A stretch of 64,000 nucleotides of DNA from Patescibacteria group bacterium (GCA_943356485.1 CALRFD010000002.1:37032-101031), one strand, 5' to 3'. Positions 32,638-43,579 are shown, counted from the stretch's first letter. Numbers and translations are program-made. The notes: a model not told the origin generated them from the sequence alone.

Positions 32638-35241
32638 ATGAGTAACATCGGAAAAATACAAGCAGCCCCAATAGTTGAAGAGATGCAAAAATCCTATCTG
32701 GATTACGCAATGTCTGTTATAGTTTCAAGAGCGCTACCGGATGTCCGGGACGGACTTAAACCTGTTCAAAGGCGAATTATCTTTGCCATGAATGAGCAAG
32801 GATTACACCATACAAGCCGTTATCAAAAATCCGCTGCTGTGGTAGGTGAGGTTTTGAAAAATTTGCACCCACATGGAGATGCTCCGGTTTACGAAGCTAT
32901 GGTTAGAATGGCTCAAAACTTCTCCATGAGATATATGTTAGTTGACGGACAGGGAAACTTTGGCTCAATTGATGGCGATTCTCCTGCTGCTATGAGGTAT
33001 ACAGAAGCGAGACTTTCTGCTATTTCTGAAGAACTGCTTCGGGATATAAATAAACATACCGTAGACTTTGTTGATAATTACTCCGGAACAATTCAAGAAC
33101 CAGTAGTGCTTCCCTCAGTTATTCCTAACCTGTTATTAAATGGCGCCTCAGGCATTGCAGTTGGTATGGCAACCCAAATTCCGCCTCATAATCTGGGCGA
33201 GGTTTGTGATGGCCTGGTATACATGATTGAACATCCTGCAAAAGAGGTTACAGTCGACAAGGCACAGGTCACAGAAAAAACACCAGAAAGCTCAGAAGCA
33301 ATTATAGTTGATGGTATTGATCACAGTGACTCAATGACTAACTTTGACTCAACCGGAAAATTTACCTCAGATGTTACAGTTGAAGACCTAATGCAGTTTA
33401 TTAAAGGGCCGGATTTCCCAACAGGTGCTTCCATATATGATCAATCTGAAACATTAGCAGCCTATGCTACCGGAAAAGGTCGGATTGTTATGCGAGCTAA
33501 AGCTGATATTGAAGAAAATTCATCCGGTAAAATGCAGATTATTGTGTCTGAACTTCCTTACCAGGTAAATAAATCAACTCTAATTGCCAGAATTGCTGAT
33601 TTAGTAAAAGATAAGAAACTGGAAGGCATTGCCGATTTAAGAGATGAATCGGATAGAAAACAAATGGTGAGAATTGTCTTTGATTTAAAGAAAGATGCCA
33701 AACCACAATCCCTTTTAAATAACCTTTATAAATCTACTGCTATGCAATCTGTATTTAATGTTAATCTGGTAGCTTTAGTAGACGGAGTTCCTCATCTTTT
33801 GACTTTAAAACATGTCTTGGAAGAATTTATAACCCACAGGCAAACGATTATCAAAAGAAGATCAGAATTTGAATTAGCAGAGGCAAAGGCTCGAGAACAT
33901 ATCCTGGAGGGATTAAAAATCGCAGTTGATAATATTGACGAAGTAATTGCCACCATAAGAAAATCTAAAGATTCTGAAGAAGCCAAACAAAATTTGATGG
34001 ATAAGTTTAAACTTTCGCAGCTTCAGGCTGTAGCTATTTTGGATATGCAACTTAGAAAATTGGCTGCATTGGAAAGACAAAAGATTGAGGAAGAGCTAAA
34101 AATGATCCGTGAAACAATTGATTACCTGGAAGATTTGCTGGCTCATCCAGAAAAAATATTAAGAGTCATAAAAGATGAGCTCCAAAAAATCAAAGAAAGA
34201 TATGCAGATGATAGAAGAACCAGAGTTTATAAACAAAAGGTTGGAGAATTTTCTGAAGAAGATCTGGTTCCAAATGAGATAACAATAGTCACAATCACTG
34301 AAGGCGGTTATATTAAAAGACAAGCTCCAGCTTCTTTTAGAACGCAGCAGAGAGGAGGGAAAGGAGTTATGGGCATCGCAACTAAAGAGACTGATGCAGT
34401 TTCTCATATTTTCTATACTCAAACCCATGACAGTATCCTATTTTTTACAGACAAGGGGAGGGTTTTTCAAATAAAAGTTTGGGATATACCTGAAACTCAA
34501 AGGGTTGCCAAGGGACAGGCGATTGTAAATCTAATCAATGTTGAGCAGGGAGAAAAAGTAACAGCAGTTCTGACAACCAGAGGTAAAGGAGAAAGCGCTA
34601 AATACTTCTTTATGTGTACAGGCTGGGGTACTGTTAAAAAAACCTCTTTGGAAGAATATGCAAATATTAGAAAGAACGGACTGGTAGCAATAAAGCTTGA
34701 TGCCGGGGATGAGCTAGGGTGGGTTGTTCCTACAACCGGTGAAAGTGATGCAATTATCGTCTCACACGATGGTAAGTCCATTAGATTTTCAGAAAAACAA
34801 GTTAAGCCAACTCATAGGGACACCTCCGGAGTTAGGGGAATTAAGTTAGGAAAAGATGATAAAGTTGTATCCCTCACTATTATCGGCAAAGAGGAGGGGG
34901 AGCTTTTGGTGGTTATGGAAAATGGACTGGGCAAAAAAACTGCCACTACTGCCTGGAGCAAACAGGGCAGGGGAGGTCAAGGGGTAAAGGCCGCACAAAT
35001 CACACCAAAAACAGGCAGAATCGTTACTGCTTCTTTGGTTGATAAATCAACAGACACCTTAGTTCTAACCTCAACCAGGGGTCAGTTAATAAAAATGAAT
35101 TTAAAAGAAGTGCCAACACTTCAAAGACAAACCCAGGGAGTAATCCTTATGAGAGTTAGAGAAGGTGAAAGAGTAGTTGCCGCCACAACTGTTTCTTCAA
35201 ATGAAAAAGCAGAAGAAAAGATTAAAACGCAAGAAATTTAA
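32638..35241 (+). CDS. gyrA: DNA gyrase subunit A
   Basis: HPHGD, AAMRYTE catalytic Tyr, GyrA-box QQRGGKG, C-terminal beta-pinwheel repeats. Confidence 0.97.
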   Translation: MSNIGKIQAAPIVEEMQKSYLDYAMSVIVSRALPDVRDGLKPVQRRIIFAMNEQGLHHTSRYQKSAAVVGEVLKNLHPHGDAPVYEAMVRMAQNFSMRYMLVDGQGNFGSIDGDSPAAMRYTEARLSAISEELLRDINKHTVDFVDNYSGTIQEPVVLPSVIPNLLLNGASGIAVGMATQIPPHNLGEVCDGLVYMIEHPAKEVTVDKAQVTEKTPESSEAIIVDGIDHSDSMTNFDSTGKFTSDVTVEDLMQFIKGPDFPTGASIYDQSETLAAYATGKGRIVMRAKADIEENSSGKMQIIVSELPYQVNKSTLIARIADLVKDKKLEGIADLRDESDRKQMVRIVFDLKKDAKPQSLLNNLYKSTAMQSVFNVNLVALVDGVPHLLTLKHVLEEFITHRQTIIKRRSEFELAEAKAREHILEGLKIAVDNIDEVIATIRKSKDSEEAKQNLMDKFKLSQLQAVAILDMQLRKLAALERQKIEEELKMIRETIDYLEDLLAHPEKILRVIKDELQKIKERYADDRRTRVYKQKVGEFSEEDLVPNEITIVTITEGGYIKRQAPASFRTQQRGGKGVMGIATKETDAVSHIFYTQTHDSILFFTDKGRVFQIKVWDIPETQRVAKGQAIVNLINVEQGEKVTAVLTTRGKGESAKYFFMCTGWGTVKKTSLEEYANIRKNGLVAIKLDAGDELGWVVPTTGESDAIIVSHDGKSIRFSEKQVKPTHRDTSGVRGIKLGKDDKVVSLTIIGKEEGELLVVMENGLGKKTATTAWSKQGRGGQGVKAAQITPKTGRIVTASLVDKSTDTLVLTSTRGQLIKMNLKEVPTLQRQTQGVILMRVREGERVVAATTVSSNEKAEEKIKTQEI

Positions 35242-35252
35242 GATAACTTAAT

Positions 35253-35465
35253 ATGAAGAAAGCATCTGCCATATTTTCAACACTCGCCATCGCTTATTTT
35301 ATGGCCGGATTTGTATTTGCGATTCTGTTTGCCCTTTACTATAAGTGGCCTTTTATCTCTTTTTTATCACCAGGATTTTACTCAGTAATTATTAGCTGGC
35401 CATATCAGGCAATTGGATTTATAAATGACCTTACGGCTTTCGGACTTGCAGGTAAACCTATATAA
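35253..35465 (+). CDS. Small membrane protein
   Basis: 70-aa hydrophobic ORF directly after gyrA. Confidence 0.6.
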   Translation: MKKASAIFSTLAIAYFMAGFVFAILFALYYKWPFISFLSPGFYSVIISWPYQAIGFINDLTAFGLAGKPI

Positions 35466-35473
35466 ATTAAAAT

Positions 35474-35767
35474 TCATTTGCTTCCTAGTGCTTTTTTTGC
35501 AAAGTCATTTACAAAATTTGAACCTCTGGAAATTAAAAACCCTGAAAGAATAAAATCTAACGGCGGAAATCCGCTTTGAACATTTAGTAAAATATGCATC
35601 ATATTTATTTGATAGGCAAACGACAAAAACACACCTGTTCCCAAGGAAATAAGGGGTAAATACGGCCTAAGTTTTATAATACTGCCAAACATATACTCAA
35701 TGATTGACTCATTAAGCGTTGCAAACATAATTGCAACAGAAAGTGGCGTTAAATCAATTCCCTGCAT
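35474..35767 (-). CDS. Small 3-TM holin-like protein
   Basis: 97 aa, hydrophobic, SRGSNFVND..KK tail; overlaps the amidase stop. Confidence 0.55.
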   Translation of the reverse strand: MQGIDLTPLSVAIMFATLNESIIEYMFGSIIKLRPYLPLISLGTGVFLSFAYQINMMHILLNVQSGFPPLDFILSGFLISRGSNFVNDFAKKALGSK

Positions 35768-36636
35768 TATTTAACTCCTTTTTCAAATATAAATTTATAT
35801 AAATTATAAAATCCCTGTAATAGGGTTAGAGTTTGATCTTCTTTTTTTGACTCTAGCTCTACATTTACTGATGCTTCCCTCACTTGAGTAGGCACACTAT
35901 CCTTCTGCGAAAGAGCTTCTTTTAGTGTTATCAATTGCCTGTTTACTGCCGCAAGAGAAGCCTGCAGGTTATCTATTTGAGATTTCTGATGATTAATCGT
36001 TTCCTGAAATCTAGAGACTTGTCCTTGCAAAAAAATGGCTTCATTTGTTGTCTTCAAAGGATTAAAGGTAACAGTTCCCAAAGGACTTCTGTCTATGTTG
36101 GTTTGAACAGGTGAAACAATTCTTTTCTTCCAGGATAACCAATCCTCTCCCGGACATATGGATGTTTGGCCTGGCAACTCTCTATGACCTACAACAACAT
36201 CCCAAGACTTTAAGTTAGTTAAATCAGGATAATTGCTGATAAAAAAATCACACAGACTATGGGCAGAAAGATATTGCTCATCTGTAGGCACCTTACCCTG
36301 AGTAAAATTTCCAATTAAGCAGATACCTATAACTTGTTCATTCAGATTAGCCACATTAGCCCTGGCAGTTGAGATATCACCAACATAATAAACTGTCCCG
36401 TCTTTGCTAATCAAGAAATGATAGCCGATCCCACCCCAACCATTATTATTGATATGGTAGTTTGAAATTTCTTCTGGAGTTTGATTATCAGAACCTGCGG
36501 AATGGTGAATTGCTAAATAATTTACATCGGATAACGATCTGACCCAACTCCAGTTAAATGAATCACCTGGAATTAGCTCCCGTAGATCGAAAAACTTTCC
36601 CGATAATGCGGGTATATTAAGATCAATTTTTGACAT
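35767..36636 (-). CDS. N-acetylmuramoyl-L-alanine amidase (Amidase_2/T7 lysozyme type) with C-terminal coiled coil
   Basis: AIHHS, GYHF, GICLIGNF, GHRE, CPG zinc-ligand pattern. Confidence 0.88.
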   Translation of the reverse strand: MSKIDLNIPALSGKFFDLRELIPGDSFNWSWVRSLSDVNYLAIHHSAGSDNQTPEEISNYHINNNGWGGIGYHFLISKDGTVYYVGDISTARANVANLNEQVIGICLIGNFTQGKVPTDEQYLSAHSLCDFFISNYPDLTNLKSWDVVVGHRELPGQTSICPGEDWLSWKKRIVSPVQTNIDRSPLGTVTFNPLKTTNEAIFLQGQVSRFQETINHQKSQIDNLQASLAAVNRQLITLKEALSQKDSVPTQVREASVNVELESKKEDQTLTLLQGFYNLYKFIFEKGVK

Positions 36637-36703
36637 ATTGGAATAGTTTGAAACAAAAGCAGTGTGGCTATACTACCTAAATAATGCTAAACTTGTCAAT
36701 AAT

Positions 36704-37543
36704 ATGCCAAAGATTGGTGCACATATTTCTGCTGCTCTGTCCCTCGAACTTAGTCTTGAAAGAGCCGCGGCTATCGGTGCAGAAACTACCCAAATCTTTA
36801 TCTCGCCCCCCAGACAATGGACTCAAACAAAACATGAAATAGAAGAAGTAAATAGATACCAATTGAAACAGGTAGAAACTGGAATCAAGCCAAATTTTAT
36901 TCATGGCACATATTTGATAAATCTTGCAGCTGATGATCCTGCTCACTTACAAAGATCTATTGAATGGTTAATTTATGCTTTAAACCTGGCCGGAGAACTA
37001 GAATCAACAGGAGTTATTTTTCATCTCGGGTCTCATAAAGGAGCGGGATTTGAAAAGGTATTCAACCAAATATCAAGCTCAGTTTCACAAATTCTAAACT
37101 CTAGCTTCAACTCTTCCTCACATTTGATTTTGGAAAACTCTGCCGGTGCCGGCGGATCTGTCGGATCAAAATTTTCAGAACTTGGACAAATAATTAAGGC
37201 TGTTAATAACCCCCGACTAAAAATCTGCTTAGATACCTGCCACCTTTTTGCTTGCGGTTATGATATAAAAAATAAACTTGAGGAAGTATTAGCAGAATTT
37301 GATAAAGAAATTGGCTTGAAAAATTTAGCAGCTATACATGCAAATGACTCTAAATTTGAATTGGGATCAAAGAGGGATAGACACGAGAATATCGGTGAGG
37401 GATTTATCGGTAAGGATGGATTTACAAAATTGGTCAACAGTTCCATATTAAAAGATACCCCTTTTATTTTAGAAGTTCCTGGCTTTTCCAAACAGGGACC
37501 GGATAAAGAAAACATTGACATCTTAAGATCTTTGATTAAATAA
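36704..37543 (+). CDS. nfo: Endonuclease IV
   Basis: IGAHIS, YLINLA, ENSAG, DTCHLF, HANDS, DRHENIG. Confidence 0.94.
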   Translation: MPKIGAHISAALSLELSLERAAAIGAETTQIFISPPRQWTQTKHEIEEVNRYQLKQVETGIKPNFIHGTYLINLAADDPAHLQRSIEWLIYALNLAGELESTGVIFHLGSHKGAGFEKVFNQISSSVSQILNSSFNSSSHLILENSAGAGGSVGSKFSELGQIIKAVNNPRLKICLDTCHLFACGYDIKNKLEEVLAEFDKEIGLKNLAAIHANDSKFELGSKRDRHENIGEGFIGKDGFTKLVNSSILKDTPFILEVPGFSKQGPDKENIDILRSLIK

Positions 37544-37565
37544 TAGATTAAGGAGGTGATTTGTC

Positions 37566-37913
37566 TTGTACATAATAATATCTCTGCTATTAAACGCCTT
37601 AGCGTTAATGGTAACTGCATACATTGTTCCGGGATTTAAGGTTGCAGATTTTACATCAGCAATATTGGCTGCAATACTTTTAGGAGTGGTTAACACTTTT
37701 ATCCGACCCATTATATCTTTTATAGCTTTACCTTTAACTTTTGTGACATTAGGTCTTTTTACTTTTATAATCAATGCCTCTATGCTTTTTATAGTGTCCG
37801 CATTTGTCAAAGGCTTGATGATTGATGGTTGGATACCGGCAATTTTAGGGGCCATCGTACTGGCTGTAGTTTCAACAGCTTTAAATATGCTTCTGAAGGA
37901 TTTGGGTAAATAG
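37566..37913 (+). CDS. YvlD/phage-holin-family 4-TM membrane protein
   Basis: VNTFIRPI..LP..TLGLFTFIINA; strong SD AAGGAGGTG before the TTG start. Confidence 0.85.
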   Translation: MYIIISLLLNALALMVTAYIVPGFKVADFTSAILAAILLGVVNTFIRPIISFIALPLTFVTLGLFTFIINASMLFIVSAFVKGLMIDGWIPAILGAIVLAVVSTALNMLLKDLGK

Positions 37914-37915
37914 CT

Positions 37916-39061
37916 ATGTATTTAAAATTATTGTTAATAGGTATTTTTTTGGCTGTTTTATACAGTTTTTTAAGCTTACCTTTTGTACAAAAGAGTTTAA
38001 ACCTTACTTATAATCTCTCTAAAAAAGAAGTTCTAAAACTTAACTTCCCCTTACTACATACTTCTGATTTTCAAAGCTTTGCTATATCTAAGGAAACATC
38101 CAGAACCTCATACGGCCTCTACAAATTAACCCTTCTTCCAATTAACGGAGAATCTCCCATCATAACTGATAATGAAACAGCCGGGATGGGTGGAGCCCTG
38201 TATTTAGGTGATGTTTCTCCACAATCCTCACCTGATTTAAAAAAAGCGGCTTATATTTCAAAAGATAACCAGCTTAAAATAATAAGTGCAGACGGTAAAT
38301 CTGAAATTGAATTACCTGATAATTTATTAGTTTCTTATATTTCAGGTTGGTCACCTGATTCAAAAAAGCTGATTGTCTACTCCCAGGAAAGCAGTTACAT
38401 CGGTGGAGAAGGAGCAGCTACAACACCCACTCCTAGGCCTGCTACAAAATATTTACCTTCAGGGTTTTATTTATTGGATTTAGAAAAAGGCGAGGGAAAA
38501 TTATTAGCAGAGCTAAAAGGTGTGGATAAATGGATTAACAATGAGAAGGTTTTAACAGTAACATCTGGGGAAAAAGACCAATTTGCGATATTTAATATTA
38601 AAACAGGACATTTAGATACTTCTACCTTAAAAGGATTATTCGATCAATATTTTGGAGTTCAAACAAATTTCAACCATGATGGCAAACTTTGGGCTTTAAC
38701 TTTAGGCAATACAGGTAATGATCCTAGTAAACCCAGCTCATCTCTGATAGTCCTGGCGCAGTTTCCTAAAATTGAAGGAATTACAATTGATTCAGGTAGA
38801 TGGGCTGATGTTCAGATGCCAAAACTATCACCTAATGCAGACAACTTAATTTATATAAGAGCCGAACGTAACAGTGGGGAAGATGAGCAGGATGCAATTT
38901 ATTTAAATCAAAACTCTATTAACACTAGACTTACCAAAGGATACCCTCTAATGTGGACTGATAACAATAATTTTATTTACTCATACAATCCTAACTACCC
39001 GCAATTGCAGCAATACTATATTTTTGATATAAGTACAAAATCCTCAAGACGGTTAATTTAA
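37916..39061 (+). CDS. Exported TolB-like beta-propeller protein
   Basis: N-terminal hydrophobic helix; SPD, WSPDSKK and LSPNAD repeats. Confidence 0.65.
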   Translation: MYLKLLLIGIFLAVLYSFLSLPFVQKSLNLTYNLSKKEVLKLNFPLLHTSDFQSFAISKETSRTSYGLYKLTLLPINGESPIITDNETAGMGGALYLGDVSPQSSPDLKKAAYISKDNQLKIISADGKSEIELPDNLLVSYISGWSPDSKKLIVYSQESSYIGGEGAATTPTPRPATKYLPSGFYLLDLEKGEGKLLAELKGVDKWINNEKVLTVTSGEKDQFAIFNIKTGHLDTSTLKGLFDQYFGVQTNFNHDGKLWALTLGNTGNDPSKPSSSLIVLAQFPKIEGITIDSGRWADVQMPKLSPNADNLIYIRAERNSGEDEQDAIYLNQNSINTRLTKGYPLMWTDNNNFIYSYNPNYPQLQQYYIFDISTKSSRRLI

Positions 39062-39984
39062 TTATCAAATTTGTTACCTGAATGAAAAGCCTTATGCACA
39101 TCTTTTAAATGCGCATTTGTAACATGGGTATATATTTGGGTAGTTGAGATATTGGTGTGTCCTAACATTTCCTGAACAGATCTGATATCAGCCCCATTTA
39201 TCAGTAAATCCGTGGCAAAATTATGCCTTAGCGTGTGTGGGGTAGCTTTAATTGCAAAACCCAACTGTTTAACATACTTTTCTACAATCCTTTCTATAGA
39301 ACGGGTAGTAAGCCTCATAGCCTCACCGTTATCTTCCATCTCAATTTTTCCCTGAAACCTGATAAATAAAGGTTTAAAGCTGTCTTTCCTAAAACTTAAA
39401 TATTTCAGGATCCAACTTGCAGCAGAATCAGAGATAAAAACCACCCGCTCTTTCCCTCCTTTACCCACAACCCCAAATTCTTTCCTATTTAAATTTATTG
39501 TATCCCGGTTAAGGGATGCTAGCTCCGAAACACGAAGCCCGGTTGAAAAAAGAGTTTCTAAAATTGATCTGTCTCTTATTCCATCTTTAGTTGTAATATC
39601 AGGCGCCTCCAAAAGCTGTTTTAAACGGGTATCGTCTAAGACTTTAAGCGGTCTTGGATCTGACTCTCCCAATTCAACCTTTTCGCTAGAGAGAGAAATT
39701 ACGTCTATCTTTGCCAGATACTTTAAAAATGATCGAAGGGCTATCATGAAATAATTTTGAGTAATTCTTTTTAAACTTTTCTGACTATTTGGATCTACCC
39801 AACGGGAAAGGTGCAGTCTATATTTTCTAATCAGGTTTAAATCAATCTTATCAGGACTGATGTCTCCGGAAAAAGATAAAAAGCGCTTTAGATAATGATC
39901 ATAGTTTTTGATAGTAAGCTTTGAAACATTCCGTTCAATCTCTAAATATTCTAAAAAGTCGGTAATCAGAGCAGAAAGAATCAT
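39058..39984 (-). CDS. XerC/XerD-family tyrosine recombinase
   Basis: TGLRVSEL, GKGGKER, TPHTLRHNFAT, LGH..TTQIY catalytic residues. Confidence 0.92.
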   Translation of the reverse strand: MILSALITDFLEYLEIERNVSKLTIKNYDHYLKRFLSFSGDISPDKIDLNLIRKYRLHLSRWVDPNSQKSLKRITQNYFMIALRSFLKYLAKIDVISLSSEKVELGESDPRPLKVLDDTRLKQLLEAPDITTKDGIRDRSILETLFSTGLRVSELASLNRDTINLNRKEFGVVGKGGKERVVFISDSAASWILKYLSFRKDSFKPLFIRFQGKIEMEDNGEAMRLTTRSIERIVEKYVKQLGFAIKATPHTLRHNFATDLLINGADIRSVQEMLGHTNISTTQIYTHVTNAHLKDVHKAFHSGNKFDN

Positions 39985-39987
39985 AAA

Positions 39988-40734
39988 TTAGAGCAAGGTC
40001 AGACCCAATATTCCAAGAATAGTTAAAACTAAACCTATAATTGCAAACATGTAGGTAACTTTTTCGAAACCAGCCGGAGGAAGAGTTTTTAAAGGGATAA
40101 AAGTCGCTGAAGGGGTTGCAGCTCCAACAGCCCCTGCTGGTGGATTTATTGCTCCTACTGGCGTAACCTGAGTTGGAGCAGGAGTAGCGCCACAAGAACC
40201 AGCTCCAATGGTATAGCTGCCGTTCAAAACAGAATCCAGGGTTTCAGTAGCTGTTCCTTTTTGCACTACGTTTGAATCGGAAGTTTTGCCTTTGTCGTTC
40301 GGGTCAAAATCAAATGTCATTTGGGTTACACCAGTTGAGGCAGTATCTTTAACGCTAAAGTTTATTGTGGCGAGTTTTCCGGAACCGGAATAGGGTGAAG
40401 TTGGTGTAGCAAGCCCGGAAACTTTTATTATACCTAAATCATTTCTTATCTCGCTTCCTGGATAATCTGGATAGACCTTTCCCTGGGTATCAATACTTAC
40501 AGCATTAAACCTCGATGAATCAAAATTCAAATAGGCATCTGTTCCGTCCGTTGCAACTCCTTTAGTGTCTAAAAGAATATCTATTACAAAAGGACAGTTC
40601 CTATTAAAAGTACCTGTTGCAGGCGACAATGACAGAGTAGAAGCTAAAGCGGAAGAGGCTCCTAAAAATACAAAGAGTGATATGGAAAATATAGATAATA
40701 TTTGAGATTTGAGATTTGAGATTTGAGATTTCAT
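39988..40734 (-). CDS. Secreted cohesin-domain protein with LPxAG motif and C-terminal TM anchor
   Basis: Signal peptide (ALA-S), TLSLSP..VIDILLDT..FDSSRF..GKLATINF, P/T linker, TLPPAG then hydrophobic helix. Confidence 0.75.
   Translation of the reverse strand: MKSQISNLKSQILSIFSISLFVFLGASSALASTLSLSPATGTFNRNCPFVIDILLDTKGVATDGTDAYLNFDSSRFNAVSIDTQGKVYPDYPGSEIRNDLGIIKVSGLATPTSPYSGSGKLATINFSVKDTASTGVTQMTFDFDPNDKGKTSDSNVVQKGTATETLDSVLNGSYTIGAGSCGATPAPTQVTPVGAINPPAGAVGAATPSATFIPLKTLPPAGFEKVTYMFAIIGLVLTILGILGLTLL
40700..40731. repeat. Heptamer tandem repeat (ATTTGAG)x4.5 at the 5' end of the cohesin gene
   Basis: Encodes KSQISNLKSQI. Confidence 0.85.
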
Positions 40735-41348
40735 TGTATATTTATCTTCACTCCTGAAACTTTCTCCAGTATATCTTTGCTGTTTCCAACCTCAACCATA
40801 TTTGTGTCATTTGTTAAGCCCGGGCTAAAATCTAACGACACATCAGTAATACCGCTTAGTTTCGCTTTAAAATTAATAGTACCAAAATTACCATTGCCAA
40901 TAAACCCCGGTTTACTAATCCCAACAATACCCGATACTCGTAAAACTCCTTTATCAGAATTAATATTTAGGGCAGGATAATCATCATAGACATCACCCTT
41001 TATAAAACCTGACGCAGAGGCTTCAAGTTTAGTTGGATCATACTTAATTACCAAATCCACTCCCTGGGTAGGATGCCCTCCGGTTGAAATCCTAACAGTT
41101 ACAGGCACTAAATCTCCAACATGGTAAATTTTATTTGCGCTCCCAAGCATGATCTCTCCTGCTGAAGAAGTAGTCTGTTGAGCTTGTTTTGAAGTGCTAA
41201 CCGGGGTCAAGAGAGTTTTTAAGCCAATTATTAATTCGACTAAAATAACTAGAGCTAATATAACAAAAATTATCCGCAAAATTGGCAACCCTTTTTTAGG
41301 ATTATTTTGAAAATCTTGCGCATGGTATGTGAGTGTTTGATTATCCAT
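40731..41348 (-). CDS. Membrane-anchored cohesin-domain protein
   Basis: N-terminal TM; VGDLVPVTV..GVDLVIKYDPTKL..GTINFKAK..G. Confidence 0.78.
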   Translation of the reverse strand: MDNQTLTYHAQDFQNNPKKGLPILRIIFVILALVILVELIIGLKTLLTPVSTSKQAQQTTSSAGEIMLGSANKIYHVGDLVPVTVRISTGGHPTQGVDLVIKYDPTKLEASASGFIKGDVYDDYPALNINSDKGVLRVSGIVGISKPGFIGNGNFGTINFKAKLSGITDVSLDFSPGLTNDTNMVEVGNSKDILEKVSGVKINIQ

Positions 41349-41350
41349 AT

Positions 41351-43579
41351 TTAAGGCTCCACTTGATTACTATTATTAAACTCAGGCAACATACAAGACC
41401 ACTCAAAGGAGTTACAAACTCCATCCCGGTTAACGTCACAATTCTTTCCTGCGTTTACCGGTCCCCATTGTGAACGCAGTAAACTACCATCTACATTATT
41501 TATAGTACCATCTCCATTATAGTCTCCGATAGGGAGATTTATACTTAAGTTATTGGTACCTGAAGAAGCTATAAACGGGGCTGAACACTTCCTTAAGCTA
41601 AGCGGCGCTTTAATACAGGCAATATAGTTCTCACCACTTTTTAGTTTAGTTTTAATATTAGTTATATTCCCGTCTCTGTCGATCGTGACCTTTTCTCTGG
41701 ATTTTTGAGTATGATCCTTGTCTAAAACTAAAGTCAGATCCACATTATCCTGATCAAAATTTCTTTGCGCCCTGCAAAATAATTTTGCCCCAAAAGATAG
41801 CTGTGTTATGCCAACTAAGCATTGCTGCTCCAGAGATTTTTGACCATCCTTAGTAGTTAAAGTAGCAAAATATTGTGTACCTATTGTGGTTGCAGATACC
41901 GGAGGAGAACTTAAACGAGCAGTCACTGCATTATTAGACCAATTTTCCGGAACAGGATTACCGCCACCATTTCTAAGTGTAACTGTTCCGGCAGTTGAAC
42001 CAAAATTATTCCCAATAAATTTAAATAATAAATCAGATGAGTTAGTCAAATCTATCTCACAGGCAAAACCGGAAACCACCGGTATCGGCCCAACTAAATC
42101 TATCTGGAATGGATAAGGATTTCCGTTTATTGTTTGTCCTTTATCATCAACAAATTGCACATAAATAAATTTTGTACCTATAGTCTGATTTACAAAGGTA
42201 ATATCCTGCCTAACCCCACCTTTCTGATAAGCAATTTCATGCCTGGCGTTTGGATTAGTTAAATCAGAAGCATTTTCTGCGTACCAAACTTTTATTATAT
42301 TTTGAGTTGTAGACTGAGTTGGAGTAGGGGTAGGAGTTACAACGCCTTGAGTAAAATTTACATCATAGGTTGATAAAATCCTGGTATTATTTTTATCAAA
42401 AACTGCAAAAGTGTGCAAGCCAGCCGGAACATTTACTGACTGGGTTGAAGACCAGCTAACTGAACCATTACCAGTCCCATTTCCAATAAGAGTCCATCCT
42501 TCACTTAGATTACATGAACTGGGCGTACAGGTTCCAGAACTATAGTAAAAAACATTCCAGTCAGTACCGGAATCTGCCCTGACAGTTAAAGTCAAATTTG
42601 GCCATAGGTTATTAACCTTAATTGCCGGATTTGGTGAAACAGACAAGGATACAGCCGGAGCTGCAACAGGAGGAGTAGGAGTAGGGGTTACCACACCTCC
42701 TCCAACACTGCAGGTTGCACAGGTACCATTACTGCACCAGCCCTTATTACATTCATCACAGGATCCAGCTCCACCGCTACCACAGGCAGATCCACAGACC
42801 TTGCCTATAGAACAGGTTGCACTGCCTCCATTATTTGGAGTTGGTGCAGGAGTAGAGCTGGCGGCAGGACGTGAGCCTATATACTCAAGCTGCATACATC
42901 TGGGAAGGAGCGTCTGACCTTCTGACACAAACCCACCATAACACCAGTTACTGGTTACAGGATTAACAAAGGGATCAGTACTAACAGGACAATCGCTGTT
43001 AGTTTTACAAAAATGGCTACAATCAGCATGCCAGAGATAATTAGCAGGTGGAGTCTCCGGATTATCCCGACAAGTATCTGGAGGTGAGACATGAGAACCG
43101 GTATATTGAAGCTGCATACATCTGTTTCCAGAATCAAACTCATAACACCAATTACTGGAGATTGGATTAACATTATTTGGATCCGTACTATTGGCCGGAC
43201 AATCGCCGTGAGTATTGCAGGTTTTGCTACAATCCGCTTTCCAAATATAACTCGCATTTGGCAAAGGAGCATCAGGAGGATTATCAGAACAATCCGTTGC
43301 ATAGGCTGTTTTAACCAAACCCTGAACTAAAATACCGGTTTCTGTAGGGGAAACAAAGTTTAGGGTCACTGTTGGACAAGTCAAAACTTTTTTACCATTT
43401 TGATCTATTGTACAGTTATTATTTATCAGTTGAACGCTGTCTGTCGCTGCTTTAGAAAATAAAATCTGCTGTCTTCTGGCTAAATTTATGGTTAAAGGAA
43501 TAGCCAAGACTAAAATAGCCAGGATTAGAAGATTTATTGTGTTTTTTTTACTAAAAAGCTCTTTAAGATAATCCTGCAT
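41351..43579 (-). CDS. Surface protein with Cys-rich repeats, IPT/TIG-like domain and C-terminal dockerin
   Basis: N-terminal TM plus FSKA; GDYNGDGTINNVD..CDVNRDGVCNSFE duplicated Ca-binding loops. Confidence 0.8.
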   Translation of the reverse strand: MQDYLKELFSKKNTINLLILAILVLAIPLTINLARRQQILFSKAATDSVQLINNNCTIDQNGKKVLTCPTVTLNFVSPTETGILVQGLVKTAYATDCSDNPPDAPLPNASYIWKADCSKTCNTHGDCPANSTDPNNVNPISSNWCYEFDSGNRCMQLQYTGSHVSPPDTCRDNPETPPANYLWHADCSHFCKTNSDCPVSTDPFVNPVTSNWCYGGFVSEGQTLLPRCMQLEYIGSRPAASSTPAPTPNNGGSATCSIGKVCGSACGSGGAGSCDECNKGWCSNGTCATCSVGGGVVTPTPTPPVAAPAVSLSVSPNPAIKVNNLWPNLTLTVRADSGTDWNVFYYSSGTCTPSSCNLSEGWTLIGNGTGNGSVSWSSTQSVNVPAGLHTFAVFDKNNTRILSTYDVNFTQGVVTPTPTPTQSTTQNIIKVWYAENASDLTNPNARHEIAYQKGGVRQDITFVNQTIGTKFIYVQFVDDKGQTINGNPYPFQIDLVGPIPVVSGFACEIDLTNSSDLLFKFIGNNFGSTAGTVTLRNGGGNPVPENWSNNAVTARLSSPPVSATTIGTQYFATLTTKDGQKSLEQQCLVGITQLSFGAKLFCRAQRNFDQDNVDLTLVLDKDHTQKSREKVTIDRDGNITNIKTKLKSGENYIACIKAPLSLRKCSAPFIASSGTNNLSINLPIGDYNGDGTINNVDGSLLRSQWGPVNAGKNCDVNRDGVCNSFEWSCMLPEFNNSNQVEP

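Noticed and set aside
33235-33375. Intein in GyrA
   Set aside because: Too short, and lacks the N-terminal Cys/Ser and C-terminal His-Asn splice motifs
35474-39984. Prophage (holin, amidase, integrase)
   Set aside because: No capsid, terminase, portal or tail genes; the recombinase is Xer-like and the region is interleaved with nfo
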